The notes beneath the pieces are model-generated. The model did not search any database, was not told where the DNA came from, and saw only the letters and a program-made list of their open reading frames with translations. From the human T2T-CHM13v2.0 reference genome, Homo sapiens: a stretch of DNA of 64,000 bases. A program made the position numbers and the translations under genes. Shown here piece after piece: positions 45,291-59,452 of the stretch. The stretch lies in the NCBI RefSeq assembly GCF_009914755.1, contig NC_060930.1. One strand, given 5' to 3'. Within the stretch, counting starts at the first letter, position 1. Each line of letters begins with the position of its first letter.

Positions 45291-46965
45291 AGTATGACTT
45301 ACATATATTCATGCTTCTCACTTATTACAGGGTAAATTTAAAACTGATTCATTAAAAAGTTGTCTTTTTCAAGAATTCAAAGGACAAAGAATTTTGTGAA
45401 ATACTATATTTTTATTTAAGTGTCTTTTTTCTTTCTAATTCTACACTTCGATCTACTATTTTTCATAAGCAAATTGATAAAAAAGTTTTTTTGGGGGGCT
45501 GACATATTAACTACAGATTTTCTATGCAGTGAACATGGTTATATATAAATCTGAATTGTCCAACTACTTTGTCGGAACAGTTCCTATTGATTGGAACTGC
45601 TAGGGCGAAGTATATGCAAAATCTACATTTTGAGTAAATTTCCTATAATCAATGTAAGCTTTCCCAGTGTTTGAACGTTTCCCATTCCCTAAAACTGTTC
45701 AAACATTAGATATCAGTATTTTTAATCACTGATAATCTAATGTTACAAAGAAATTGCTTTTTTCTTCTGTTAAAGTTAAGTTAGATCATCTTCATGTAGC
45801 CTTATTGGTTGTTATTTCATTTTCCTCTGTTCCTTTTATTTTCACTTCCCTTGTAATATTAGTCTCTCTGTTACTGATTTCTAAGAACTCATTTCTGATT
45901 AAGGATGTGAACATTTTGTCAAGCATTGCAAATGAAATACCATGTTTATTCCAGTTTATTTTACTGTGGTGTTTTATTTTTTTGGTTGTACAGAAGTTAC
46001 GTATTAAAATATAATCCTGTTCTATTTTATGGCTAAAAATAAATAAGTAAATAAATGATTTGTGAATCTGGATTCCTATTTTACATGTGTTTTGCTAAAT
46101 ATCAGTTTTCTTTTCAATAGATGTGATTGATAGATGAACTAGTTCCCACAGCCCTGGTATCAACACCAGCTTATTCTCTGGCTCCCAAAATCATATGACA
46201 AGATAAAAGTCTGTGTGAATGGCATTACAGGTATAAGTGATCTTTGAGTCCACCTAGGAATTTTTGTAATCATAAAATTTGGTAGTTTACTTATACTTCC
46301 CAAGTATACTTATCATGACACACTATTGTGATACCATGTTTAAGAAGCATTGCCTTGAACCATGAACTTCCCAACCTAACCACAATAAAAGTCATACAAG
46401 CTATTAAAATGTACATGCTACATGTAGCTACAGAGGCAGCTGGTGTTGAAGACCCTATTTTGTTGAATTATCTGATAAAGGAATAGCTTCCTTTATATAA
46501 TCCTCATACCTCCCTCCAAAGCTATACATTGAGGATACTTTTTTAACTTACTAGGATGAAAATATTATTTAAAGGTACTAAAAAAGGAATGTATTATGAG
46601 TTAAATTGACCTATTTTATAAAATGAAAATTTCATATATTAGATTGGCTTAAAGTAGAGACAGACTTGTTTCTTCCATGCTGACATTCTGATGAAATAAA
46701 ATCCCCTCTTGGGTTTCACTCAAGCATTAGAGTAAAACTCTATGAAACAGAAAATTATTCACTAAGATTTTATGGCTTCATTAAATTGTTCTGAATTTTC
46801 CACAATAAAAAAAATCAACATGTATCACTTTCAAAATCAGGAAGAAAATGATACTGAAAAAGAGAGACGTTAAGAAAAGCTACCCACCACTGGCAGCTAC
46901 GGGACTATATTCAGTCTCACCTTCACACCAACTGTGGTAAATTCTCTCCAGTCCACCCATCACTA

Positions 46966-47253
<288 letters not shown>

Positions 47254-47629
47254 TTACGGTATTTAGTGCCCGTGTTCTGTGTTGTGTCCATGTTAAGGGA
47301 GACTCAAAAAAAATCCCCTTGATAGGTCCAGAGCCCCTGATGTCTTCTCATTGGAAATAGACGTGATCAAAGGAGACTGTGACTGACCACTGTTCTTGAA
47401 GTGCCAGGGTCTATGTGTCTTTTCAGAGATAGAATACATATTTGCAAAAAGGTAGGGGACTAAATAACACTTATAGATCCTTTATTACAATCCTTTCCTC
47501 ACTGAAATTCCTTTGCTTCTCTAAAAATTATAGAAATTATCCTCTAGAGTCCCAATAGCTAAAGGTAACCAGACTGGATGTCACCCTGTCCCACAATTTC
47601 TACTCTATGTGAGACAATAAGAGTTTAGA

Positions 47630-50600
47630 AGTACTCTATGTAAAATGGCACAATCATTATGAAAAACGTTTTGGAAATTTCTTTAAAAAGTAAACACACA
47701 CACAGTCTATAACAAAATTCCACTCCTAAGTATTTAAAAGAAGGGAATATGTGTCTACAAAAAAAAAAAAAAAAAGAAGAAGAAAGAAAGTTTGAAAAAG
47801 AACCAAAACCTTGAAAAAGAATGTTAATAGCCAAAACCTGAAACTGCACAGGTGGCCATCAACAAGAAAATGGATAAACAAACTGTGTCCTATTCATATA
47901 ATGGAATACTAGTCGGCAATAAAAAGGAACTACTGATACTGTGACAACATGGATGAGCCTCATAGACATGCTAAGTAAAGGAAGTCACACACAAAAGCAC
48001 ACATACTATATGATTCCTTTTGCACAAAGTACCAGAATAGATAAAACTAAACTACAATGACAGAAACTGGAACAGTGGTTGCTTCATGGAGGAGGATGTG
48101 CAGATTGATTGGGGAGGTACACAAAAAAATTTTCTGAGGTGGTGAAAACTTTCTGGATCTTGATAAAGACATGGATTACAGAGATGTTTGCATTATTCAA
48201 AACAGATTGAAGGATACATTTACAACCTGTGCATCTCACTGTATATAAAGTATACCTCAACTGAAAAAAATCAATGAGAAAAACAAGTTTAGGAACACTT
48301 CCATGACTACCATCCCAGGAATGGCAAACCAATTATTATATTCTCAAAGTTCCCTTTATCACAGGCCATTCGTTTTTCTTCTTGTCCCATGATAGCAGCT
48401 CTGGGCCCTAGGAAAATTAACTCTACCTTCAGGCGGAGAGCTTAAGCAGGCAGGTTATGCCTCAGTATAACCTGATACTGCCTCTGAGAGTCAGAATAAG
48501 GGAAGAGTACAACCCTTGGACTAGTGTACATTCATTCCCATCTCAATGCAGTCAAAAGAATATAACTGCTGTACAGCTGTTTCCAGAAAGGCAAGGTATT
48601 CCTTACTGTGGCAGCCCTGAAGAGACTTTGGAAGACTTGATTCTCACTTAAGTGCAGGTACTTACACACATCATAGGGCATATAAAGTGCAAAGTTGAAG
48701 GCATTGTTAAAACAGTGTCTTCTGTCTCCTGCACCAGTCTCTTACTCCCAGTTCTACTTTATTTAACTAGTGACAACTTCCTATTATAAGGCATACAGGA
48801 TTTCCTCAGTTATTCCCACCATGTTCAACGGACACTTATTCTTCATTTGGCCATTAGAGGAAAAAGGAGACGCCCACAGCAGGAGCAAACTGGGCCTCTC
48901 TTTTCTCCATCTGGTTGGTGGGTCAGAGATGGGGCATGGAGAGATGTGAGAAGACAGTATCTGATGCAGTAAGACTGCATTCAGGACTATTTTATGAACT
49001 ATCCACAGGCCGGTTGTGTCCCAGTTCTGTGACAGTGGTTAAAGCATGTCCAGTTTATGCAAGTTCAAAAGGCTTGAAGAGTCCCGAGGTTTGGTTAATA
49101 TAGACAAATGCACCATAGGCTACTATAGAGAAGAAAGCCAGGAAGAAGACGGACAGTTAAGGAGAATGGAAATGCTAACTACCAGTGTAGCTATGGCAAT
49201 TATTATACTAAGAATTTTATTTAAGGTAAGTGTAGAATTACACAGAGATCAAGGTACACAGAAGAGACAAATCATTTATTCATGCAAAAAATATTTGTTG
49301 AGGATCTTGAGATGGAGAGATTATCCCAAATTCAGGTGGGTCCTGAAGGCACCCACAGAAGGCAAGAGGCGAAGTGATAACGGAAGGAGAGAGAGAGAGA
49401 TTTGAAAATGCTGCACTGCTGGCTTTGAAGATGGAGGGATGGGTCATAAATGTCACTTCAGTACCTGGAAAAGGCAGGCTTCCAGAAGTTATTCGGCCCT
49501 GCCAAAACTTTGATTGGGGCTCACTAAAATTTCAGACTTCTGGCCTCCAGAACTATAAGAGAATAAACTTGTGTTGTTTTTAGCCACCATGTTTGTGATA
49601 ATTTGTTACAGCAGCCATAGGAAACTAATACATGCAGCAAAGAGGAAGAAAAACATGCTAAAATAGGAAAAAACTTACAAACCACATCTCTGGCAACACT
49701 CTAGTATCTAGACTATATAAAGGACTCTTAAAACTCCACAATAAAATAATAATCCCATTAGAAAAAGACTGTTTTCATCTATTTGTGCTGCGATAAAGGA
49801 ATACCTGAGGCTGGGTAGTTTATAAAGAGAAGAAGTTGATTTGGCTCACAGTTCTCCAGACTGTACAAGAAGTATGGTATCAGCATCTGCTTCCAGTGAG
49901 GGCCTCAGGAAGCTTCCACTCATGGCAGAAGGCAATGGGAGCAGGCATCACATGGTAAGAGAAGAAGAAAGAAAGGAGGGGATGGTATATTCTCATGATA
50001 ATAATATAGTGAGAACTTGCCACTATAAAAATGATTTATGAGGTATCCTCCCCATGATCCAAACTTCCCACCAGGCCCTGCTACTAATACCAGGGATTCA
50101 ATTTCAACATGAAATTTGGAGGCGACAAATATCCAAACTATATGAGAAGGCAAAAGACAGACATTTCACCAAAGAAGATAACACACATAGCAAATAAGTA
50201 CACGAAAAGATGTTTTCACATCATTAGCCGGTAGAGAAATGTCAACTAAAACCACAATGAGGTATCACTACACACCCATCAGCATGACTAAAGTGAAACG
50301 TAAAAACAACATCAAATGCTGGCAAGGCTGTGGAGAAGTGATATTACTCATATACTGCTGGTCGGAATATAAAATGGTACAGCCACACTGGAAAATAGTT
50401 TGGCAGTTTCTTAAAAAGCTAAACATGCATTTAACTTATGACCCAACAATTCCACTCTTGGGCATTTATCCCAGAGAAATGAAAACCTATGCTCACACAA
50501 TGTATGTCTGTGTGCACAAATATTCATAACAGCTTTATTTGTAATAGCCAAAAACTGGAAACAACTCAAATGCCCTTCAGTGGGTGAACTGCTAAACAAA

Positions 50601-50885
50601 CTATGGTACACCTGTACCATGGGACACAATGCAGCAATAACAAGGAATGAACTATCGATAATCTCAACAACTTGGATGGATCTCATGGGAATCATGCTGA
50701 ATGGAGAAAGCCAAGCCAAATGGTTACAGATTCATGTACATAGCATTTTTGAATTATAAAATTATAGACAGAGAACAGATTAGAAGCTGCAGCTATAAAG
50801 AGGTAGCACAAGGGAGCCATGTGGTAGTGAAACAGTTCCAGTGGTGGTTATACAAAGCTAAACATGACAAAATTGCATAGGCACG

Positions 50886-50922
<37 letters not shown>

Positions 50923-51110
50923 ACAAATAAAACTGATGACATCTTAATAAGCTCTGCAGTTTTCCCAATGCATTTTTCCTGGTTTTGATACTGAACTATA
51001 GCTATGCAAGATGTTACCACTGAAGGACACTAGACACTTGGGTCCTCCCAGTATATTATTATTGTAATTTCTTGTGAACTTATAATTATTTCAAAATGAA
51101 AGTTAAAAAA
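47630..51110 (+). mobile_element. Cluster of old L1M 3' fragments interrupted by MLT1 (~49290-49632) and MST (~49770-50142) LTRs, with (CA)n at ~50890-50920
   Basis: ORF 50239-50529 is L1 ORF2-like (TTMRYHYTP...KCWQGCGE...WKIVWQFLKKLN..L.YDP.IPLLGIYPREMK); MaLR terminal motifs; unique sequence is interspersed. Confidence 0.7.
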
Positions 51111-51865
51111 TAAGTACAGGTAAACAAAAAGGATTTTGCAATGGGAATTAAAAAGAGATGTTTAGTGAGTTTAGAGAAATATTTGGTGTTACGGACAATC
51201 CCAGAAAAACACTAGGCCAAGAAGGAAGGGTGGTCAAGTGTGTCTAATTCAGCAAGGTGGTGGCAATTTAGGTGGAATGGTGGAGATGAAAACCAGTAGC
51301 TTGAACAGTGACTTATCTAAGAGGTTAAATTTTTAACTCCAGCTATACTTTCCCCAACAAACCTCTTAAGAGAGGTAATGTTTTGTCTGCATCTCGAGTA
51401 TTCTGGTTCTGAGAGCTTGAACATAAGAGCTTACAATTTATTGAAAGCTTACTTTGATCCAGGACTAATTTAAGCATTTTATAAGTATTAATTCATTTCA
51501 TTTACAAGCCTATAATGATCTTCCCCATTTTACAGATGAGGAAACTGAGGCACAGGGAGATTTTTTTTTATACATGTATATATCTCTCACTAGCGCATGT
51601 GAGAGAGCTGGGACTAGGGCATAGACAACCTGGCTCCACTTATTCATTTGTTCAACAAACATTTGTGGAGCACCTACCAAGGGCCAGATTCCAGGGCTCT
51701 CTGCCACTGTTCTGCCTCTAACTTCTACTTTAGTAACAACAGACACTTCACCGATCAGCTGCTTTATCAGGGTTTGAGTTTAGAGTGAATCAAGGGACCA
51801 AATGAGAGAGAACAGTTGGCAAGAGAGTGAGACATGGAAATTTTAAGGATAAAAAAAATGGCAAG

Positions 51866-52270
<405 letters not shown>

Positions 52271-53456
52271 AAACGGCAAGAGAATAAACAAATGGAGGCC
52301 ATGTGATCAGGATTTTCTGTAAAAATATCTCCTGAAGAGCTCTACATTGGCTATGTGGGCCATCTCAAACCTGCAGAAGAGAATGCAGGGCCGAGTGGAA
52401 AGGACGTGAGTGGGATGGGAGATGAGATTCCATGTTGCCTGCAAGTTCTGTCTTGTTCACCTGGAGATAGCACCCACGCCACCATGTTACTGGGTTTGTG
52501 CCTTCCATTCCTTCCTTTGGATTTTTCTCTTTTTCCGTCTAGCAAATTTATTTCATTTCACTCCTCTCAATATTATCTTCATGTTTATTTTGAGTAACAC
52601 AGTTTTTTTTCCTGAAATGCCTTCCACTGCTGTCCGAAACAGAGAGCAAATATGAGCGATCGGAATATTTTAAAAGGACAAATAACGTCATTGTTGAGGA
52701 ATGGCCGAGCCTGCCATGCTGAGGATGAGTGGGTAAGCAACTGGAATGGTAGGCAGGGGAGGGGGCGGTGAGAATAACACAAAGCCCCATGGAAGTGAGT
52801 TGAGGGGAACTCCTTTACAACAATTAACATGTAGATTTGCTTCACTAACAAGTTCACAATAGATTTAATTAAGCTGGAAATCAATTTCACCCCATACCCA
52901 TATCATACTTTCAAACTCTCCCAACAACTCTACTGTCAAGTCTGATCACTTCTTCACAAATGCAAAAAAGCTCAGGCAAAATGGGTCTGAAATTTGTGCA
53001 GGTAGCTTTGAATTTAACCTTTCTTGCCTTTTTTAGGGGGAAAGACCAAGATCAGATACTATTTAAAAATGGCTACAAGGTTTTTCATAAAGTAACAAAT
53101 GATCAACCTTCAAAATTAAAGAATAAAATCTCTGTTCTTCCCAGCCCAAACACTGGTCTCTATTTTGTCCTTGAATATAATTTCTTTTTTTTCTCTAGTC
53201 AGGGCCTGCCCAGATACAGATAATGAAAGCACCTAGATGGAAGAGACTTCGTAGTTTATTATTTTCTCCAAAGACATTACTACTATAAACTGCTTTCTAG
53301 TGATGTCATGATAAAAGGGGGAGAGATGGAAACAGACCTTGTTTGCACACAGTTTGATGAGTCCTTAAAGAAATATTTCCTATAAAGACAAAAAATTAGG
53401 GGGAACAAACAAGTTAGCCAGAACTCTCAGGTAGAACATCATCCTGTCCAAAAGGC

Positions 53457-53539
53457 TAAACTATATAACTGTTTCTGCTAATTACTCTCTTCTGAGTGAT
53501 TACTCTCTGAGTAATTAGCAGAAACAGTTATATAGTTTA
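53457..53539. repeat. Perfect inverted repeat: 31-bp arms, 21-nt spacer
   Basis: TAAACTATATAACTGTTTCTGCTAATTACTC (53457-53487) is the exact reverse complement of 53509-53539. Confidence 0.95.
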
Positions 53540-56188
53540 ACTTTGGGGATTTAAAAAGTGATAATGTTTTTATTCCATCAACTTTAAATTCTTCAATATG
53601 GCACTGAAGGTCTCCCAACTATCACCCACCCTCCCATTGGCCAACCGAACCAACCTAACTTTTCATTATTCATTTAGGTTATTAACCTTTTCAGAGCAGA
53701 AATCCCCTTTTAGACACTGATGAAAGTTATGGACTGTCTCACTTGAAAAAGGCACACGCACATAATATTTTATATATAGTTTCAGCGTTCATAGATCCCC
53801 CTAAACCTGAGCCTGAGGTCAGGGAGCCCTGTTCTAGATAGATAGATAGATCTCCTTCTAACCCAAAACAAAGTTCTTGATTTCTTTGGACATGACAGTA
53901 TCTTTGCTTGGATCAACCTTTCCTTTCCACCAGCCCACATCCTTTTGGTCCCTTAAAATTTAGAAGGAATTCTATCATTTATCTCAACGGACGTGTTGAA
54001 GGACCTTGCCAGCTGTTATCTGACAGCACTTTATATCTGTCTCTTGTGGTCTTTGGACATGTTACTTACCAACCTTTTCATCTGTGCCTGACTTAATTTC
54101 ATCAATTAAACAGTATGTTCCTGGAAGGCAAGCACTAGATCCAGGCACTACGAAGCTTCTCTTGCTCACCTCTGCAGCCTATGCACCCAGCACAAGGTCT
54201 AACACATAGCAAAAACTTAATCATACCACATTTGTTGAAATGGTGTCTGTGGTGTTTGCTTTCTTTTCGAATTTCCCTCAGAGCCTAGCATAATGTTATA
54301 TTAATATCAATTGCCCCAAAAATGCACACTATAAAAAAATACAATTGACTTTTTTCTAGAAAACTTGCAACATTTTTTCTATACACATATGTATAGATAG
54401 TTAGTCAATCTTTCTTTTTTCCTAATTATAAAGTAAGATGTGTTCAAGGTGGAGAACTTAGCGATTAAAAAAAAAAAACCTCATGTATCAAAAAAAAAAA
54501 ACCCACTAAGAATCCCAATACCCCAAAATATAATCCCTGTTATTCTGAAGCAACGGGGGTTTTTTCTGTTTTTTCCTATGCCCTGCATACACATATTTAC
54601 AGTTTTTAAAAAGTCAAATAGATTTACACTGTATATACAGTTCAGCAGTCTGCCCTTTTCATTTAGAAATGTATTGTTAACCTTTCCCTATATTGGGTAA
54701 TATTTTTTCATCACATGATTTTGTAAAGGTTGTACAGTATTTCTCCTTATGAACATATCTGATTCAACCAACTAGTCTCCTATTATTTGACATTTAAGTG
54801 ATTCAAATTCTTCACTATTATAAACAAGTAAAGAACTTCTCTATATAAATATTTATATTGCTTCTTTGTGATTTATTCCTAGAAACAGCTGTAAAATACA
54901 AAGAGCTCCTACAGTGCGATTTTTTAAATCAAACTATTACAAAATTGGGGAAAGTATATGCCTCGGCAATTCACAGAAGAAAAAAATCTAAATGTTCAAT
55001 TAAATTACACAGTAGATACACAGTATTCAGGTAAAGAAACTGAAAAGGAAGAAAGAGAGCAGAGGATATGTTGGCAAGCAGTGAGCTACCTAACACCGAG
55101 AGGCAGGCCAGGCCAGTATTTAACAGCAGATGACAGGCCTCAAATCACAGCCCCATCCTTCCCAGCTCTCTAACTTTGGGGAAGTTACTGAACTTTCTCA
55201 GCTTCAATATCCCATCTGAAAATGAGGACCATAATAATACTCACCTGATAGGGCTTCTGTGGGGCTTATAACATGGCCCACATGAAAACACTGTGCATAG
55301 CATAGTATCTGGAACACACCAAGAGTGCAACACTATTACTTAGTCATACTTCTTTTTTCCAAGCCTATCTTTAGAATGTTATGCTGAACATGTTATGATG
55401 ATTAAAATGATAACCTATGATGATGCTATGCTTAGCTCTCAGAAAGAAACCTGCCATGAAAAATAATGGTTTTATTAAAAAGCAGTAAAGTTGATAACCT
55501 TATATGCTATCCAACAGATCCTTTTGTAGTGATGGAAATGTCCTTTGATCTGTACTGTCCAATACGGTAGCCAGTGGTTATATGTGGGTGCTGACTACTT
55601 GAAATGTGGCTAATACAACTGAGGAGCTAGATTTTATTTTATTTCACCTTAATTAATTTAAACTTAAATAGACACATGTGGTTAGTGGCTACGATATTAG
55701 GCATTATGGTTTTAGAAGGCAATACAGGAATATCTATATAATTTCAAAGCACATACATCCTTTGTCCCATTTTAGGTAGTCACTCCATAGCAACAGAAAT
55801 ACCATGAGGTAGGGAGGAGTGACTAATATATTAAGACTACCAAAAAAAACTGCTGATAATCAAAAAGAGAACATATAATTCCATTTATGCAAAAGTACAT
55901 ATGGCTGTTTACATATGGACAGAGAGATATGGAAGGATGCTCCCAAAATACTAATAGTATTATCTCTAATAGTAGGACTTTTAGGTAATTTTTACATAAT
56001 TTGTTAACCCTTTTTTATAGTTTGAATTTTTTATGACCATGAATTATTTACATAACCAGAAAAAGAAAACATTAAAATATTTTCACTTTGGGAAAAAAAA
56101 AAAGGGCATTACTGGATCAAAGGATAAGCTCACTTTTAAGGCCTTTTATATCTGCCTAGCCAAATTGTCCTAATAAAAGGGTGTTCTA

Positions 56189-56823
56189 CGCTTTTACACT
56201 GTTGGTGGGACTGTAAACTAGTTCAACCATTGTGGAAGACAGTGTGGCGATTCCTCAAGGATCTAAAACTAGAAATGCCATTTGACCCAGCCATCCCATT
56301 ACTGAGCATATACCCAAAGGATTATAAATCATGCTGCTATAAAGACACATGCACAAGAATGTTTATTGAGGCACTATTCACAATAGCAAAGACTTGGAAC
56401 TCAACCCAAATGTCCATCAATTATAGACTGGATTAAGCAAATGTGGCTCATATACACCATGGAATACTATGCAGCCATAAAAAAGGATGAGTTCATCCTT
56501 TTCATTTGTAGGGACATGGATGAAGCTGTTAACCATCATTCTGAGCAAACTATCACAAGGACAGAAAACCAAACACCGCATGTTCTCACTCATAGATGGG
56601 AATTGAACAATGAGAACACTTGGACACAGGGTGGGGAACATCACACACCGGGGCCTGTCATGGGGTTGGGGGGAGAGGGGAGGGATAGCATTAGGAGATA
56701 TACCTAATGTAAATGACGAGTTAATGGGTGCAGCACACCAACATGGCACATGTATACATATGTAACAAACCTGCACATTGTGCACATGTACCCTAGAACT
56801 TAAAGTATAATAATTTAAAAAAA
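56189..56823 (+). mobile_element. L1PA 3' fragment (ORF2 C-terminus + 3'UTR)
   Basis: WKTVWRFLKDL.LEMPFDPAIPLL..YPKDYKSCCYKDTCTRMF; canonical end CCCTAGAACTTAAAGTATAATAA; TSD AAAAGGGTGTTCTA (56175-56188) / AAAAGGGTTTTCTA (56920-56933). Confidence 0.95.
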
Positions 56824-57136
56824 GTAAATTAAACTTAAAACTTTCAACTTTGGCTTAACTAGAGTTAACTTTATCAGCATATTAAATAAAAACTGTAATA
56901 TACATGTTACATACAAAAAAAAAGGGTTTTCTAAATTCAGCTCCTCCCAACCAACAAACACCTCAAACATGCACACCCTTATTATCACCAAGCATTAAAA
57001 TTGCTTTCACTTTTGCCAATTTAACAGGTAAAAAATTGTGTATCATTTTAATTTGAATTTCATTAATAGTGAAATTGTGTATTCATTTATTTGCTGGCTA
57101 CTCACTCGTCACTTCTTTTAGAAATATCATGTTCAG

Positions 57137-57265
57137 GTGAGGTGTGGTAACTCACACCTGTAATCCCAGCACTTTGGGAGGCTGAGGTGGGACAACTGCC
57201 CGGGCCCAGGAGTTCAAGACCAGCTCGGGCAACACAGAGAGACCCTGTCTAAACCAAAAAAAAAT
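57137..57265 (+). mobile_element. FLAM / left Alu monomer
   Basis: GGTGAGGTGTGGTAACTCACACCTGTAATCCCAGCACTTTGGGAGG...GAGACCCTGTCT + A tail. Confidence 0.8.
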
Positions 57266-57462
57266 CTTCTAAAAATAAAAAGAAATTTTAAAAAGAAATA
57301 TATTCATAGCCTTTGACCTTTTTCAGTATTAGGGTATACATCTTTCCTTTTACGTCGGAAAGTACTTAGATTTTATATAAATTATATGCTACGGTTATTA
57401 AACCTGTCCTTTTATATATGTCGCAAATATTTTCCTTCTTTGTATTTCCTTTACTTTGTATC

Positions 57463-57761
57463 TTTTTCTTTTTTGAGACAGGGTCTGGCTCTGTCTCCCA
57501 GGTTGGAGTACAGTGGCACAGACACGGCTCACTGCGACCTCAATCTCCCAAGGCTCAAGCAATCCACCTTCCTCAGCCTCCTGAGTAGTTGGGACTACAG
57601 GCACATGCCACCATGCCCTACTAATTTTTAAATTTTTATTTAGTAGTGACGGGGTCTGGCTAAGTTGCCCAGGCTGTTCTTCAACTTTTGAGATCAAGAG
57701 ATCCTCTTGCTTCTGCCTTCCAAAGTTTTGGGATTACAGGCATGAGCCACTGCATCTGGCC
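57463..57761 (-). mobile_element. AluJ
   Basis: Antisense Alu; TSD TACTTTGTATCTTTTT. Confidence 0.88.
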
Positions 57762-57984
57762 ATGCTACTTTGTATCTTTTTAAACATGTAGATGTTTTCA
57801 AAGAATTTCTAGACCTCTCTGGCTTTGACATTTTTTGTCTCTTAATTGTATTATAAACACCTAGGGATGTGATTCCATAGTTTACGTCCTCCTACACAGG
57901 ATTAAGGAGGCAGCTGCTTCTTGGGTTTTAGCATATACAAGTTTCTTCAAGGTCTTAAAGGAAAAAAAGTACTTGTTAGGAGGG

Positions 57985-58377
57985 CTACATGTCACTGGGC
58001 AACAGGAACTTTTCAGCTTCATTATAATCCTATAGCACCACCGCTGTATATGTGGTCCTATAAGATTATAATGGAGCTGAAAAGTGCTAGCGAGCTTCTT
58101 AACTGGGATAAAAGTTTGTTTGTAAACGTATGTAAATGTATTTACATGTGCTAGCCCAGGGTCAACCTAAAAGGTAGCGAAAGTGTTTAGCCCAGAAGTC
58201 TACATAGAAACTAGGGTTGTCTACCTCCATACCACCCTGAATGTCCCCCGATCTCGGAAGCTAAGCAGGGTCAGGCCTGGTTAGTACTTGGATGGGACAA
58301 TAGGGCTAAGGTGAGTAGATTTAATGCTCCAGGATAACGACCTTTACCGACAGGTCATTGTGTGGCACGTGGCTGTA
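57985..58377. mobile_element. Tigger3-like terminal fragment split in two (57985-58058 and ~58342-58375) by inserted sequence
   Basis: TTTTCAGCTTCATTATAATCCTATAGCACCACCGCTGTATATGTGGTCC ... TTACCGACAGGTCATTGTGTGGCACGTGGCTG|TA resembles the Tigger3 end. Confidence 0.6.
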
Positions 58378-58449
58378 TGTAGTTATTAAAATGTAAATAC
58401 ATATATTTACAAACAAACTTTTTTTCCCAGTTAAGAAGCTCGCTAGCAC
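58084..58449. repeat. ~60-bp inverted repeat (arms 58084-58147 and 58391-58449) flanking the 5S pseudogene
   Basis: Outer 25 bp GTGCTAGCGAGCTTCTTAACTGGGA perfectly complementary; continues through GTTTGTTTGTAAA and ATGTATTTACAT with small indels. Confidence 0.92.
58219..58297 (+). pseudogene. 5S rRNA pseudogene (3'-truncated, 10-nt internal deletion)
   Basis: GTCTAC..CATACCACCCTGAA...GATCTCGGAAGCTAAGCAGGGTCAGGCCTGGTTAGTACTTGGATGGGA matches 5S nt ~1-88. Confidence 0.95.
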
Positions 58450-58689
58450 ACAGCATTCTGTTGAAAGCCCCCTTTATTTCGCAGTCCTGAAGGGAGTGAG
58501 GGAAGGAAGTAAAAGGGCAGAGGAAATAATGAATGAATGCGAGACGCCGATTGTACAGGGACTTGTTTCCATACTGCTCTCTACCAGAAACGTTCTCAGT
58601 TTCCTTCCTTCTGCTGGACATGTTCCAAGGGCCAAAACCTCAAATAATGTGACTTTGTAGATTGGAGAGTGTGTGACCACAGAAAGGAA

Positions 58690-59400
<711 letters not shown>

Positions 59401-59452
59401 CTGGTGAAGCAGTCCCTCACCCCTAGTCAGCCCACACCCCTAGGGCCTAAAG

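Noticed and set aside
44600-45310. Target-site duplication around the tubulin retrocopy
   Set aside because: No convincing direct repeat at the immediate flanks; only AT-rich partial matches
50239-50529. 96-aa ORF with protein-like sequence
   Set aside because: Decayed L1 ORF2 C-terminus, not a host gene
56230-56785. Several overlapping ORFs
   Set aside because: All derive from the L1PA ORF2 end and 3'UTR
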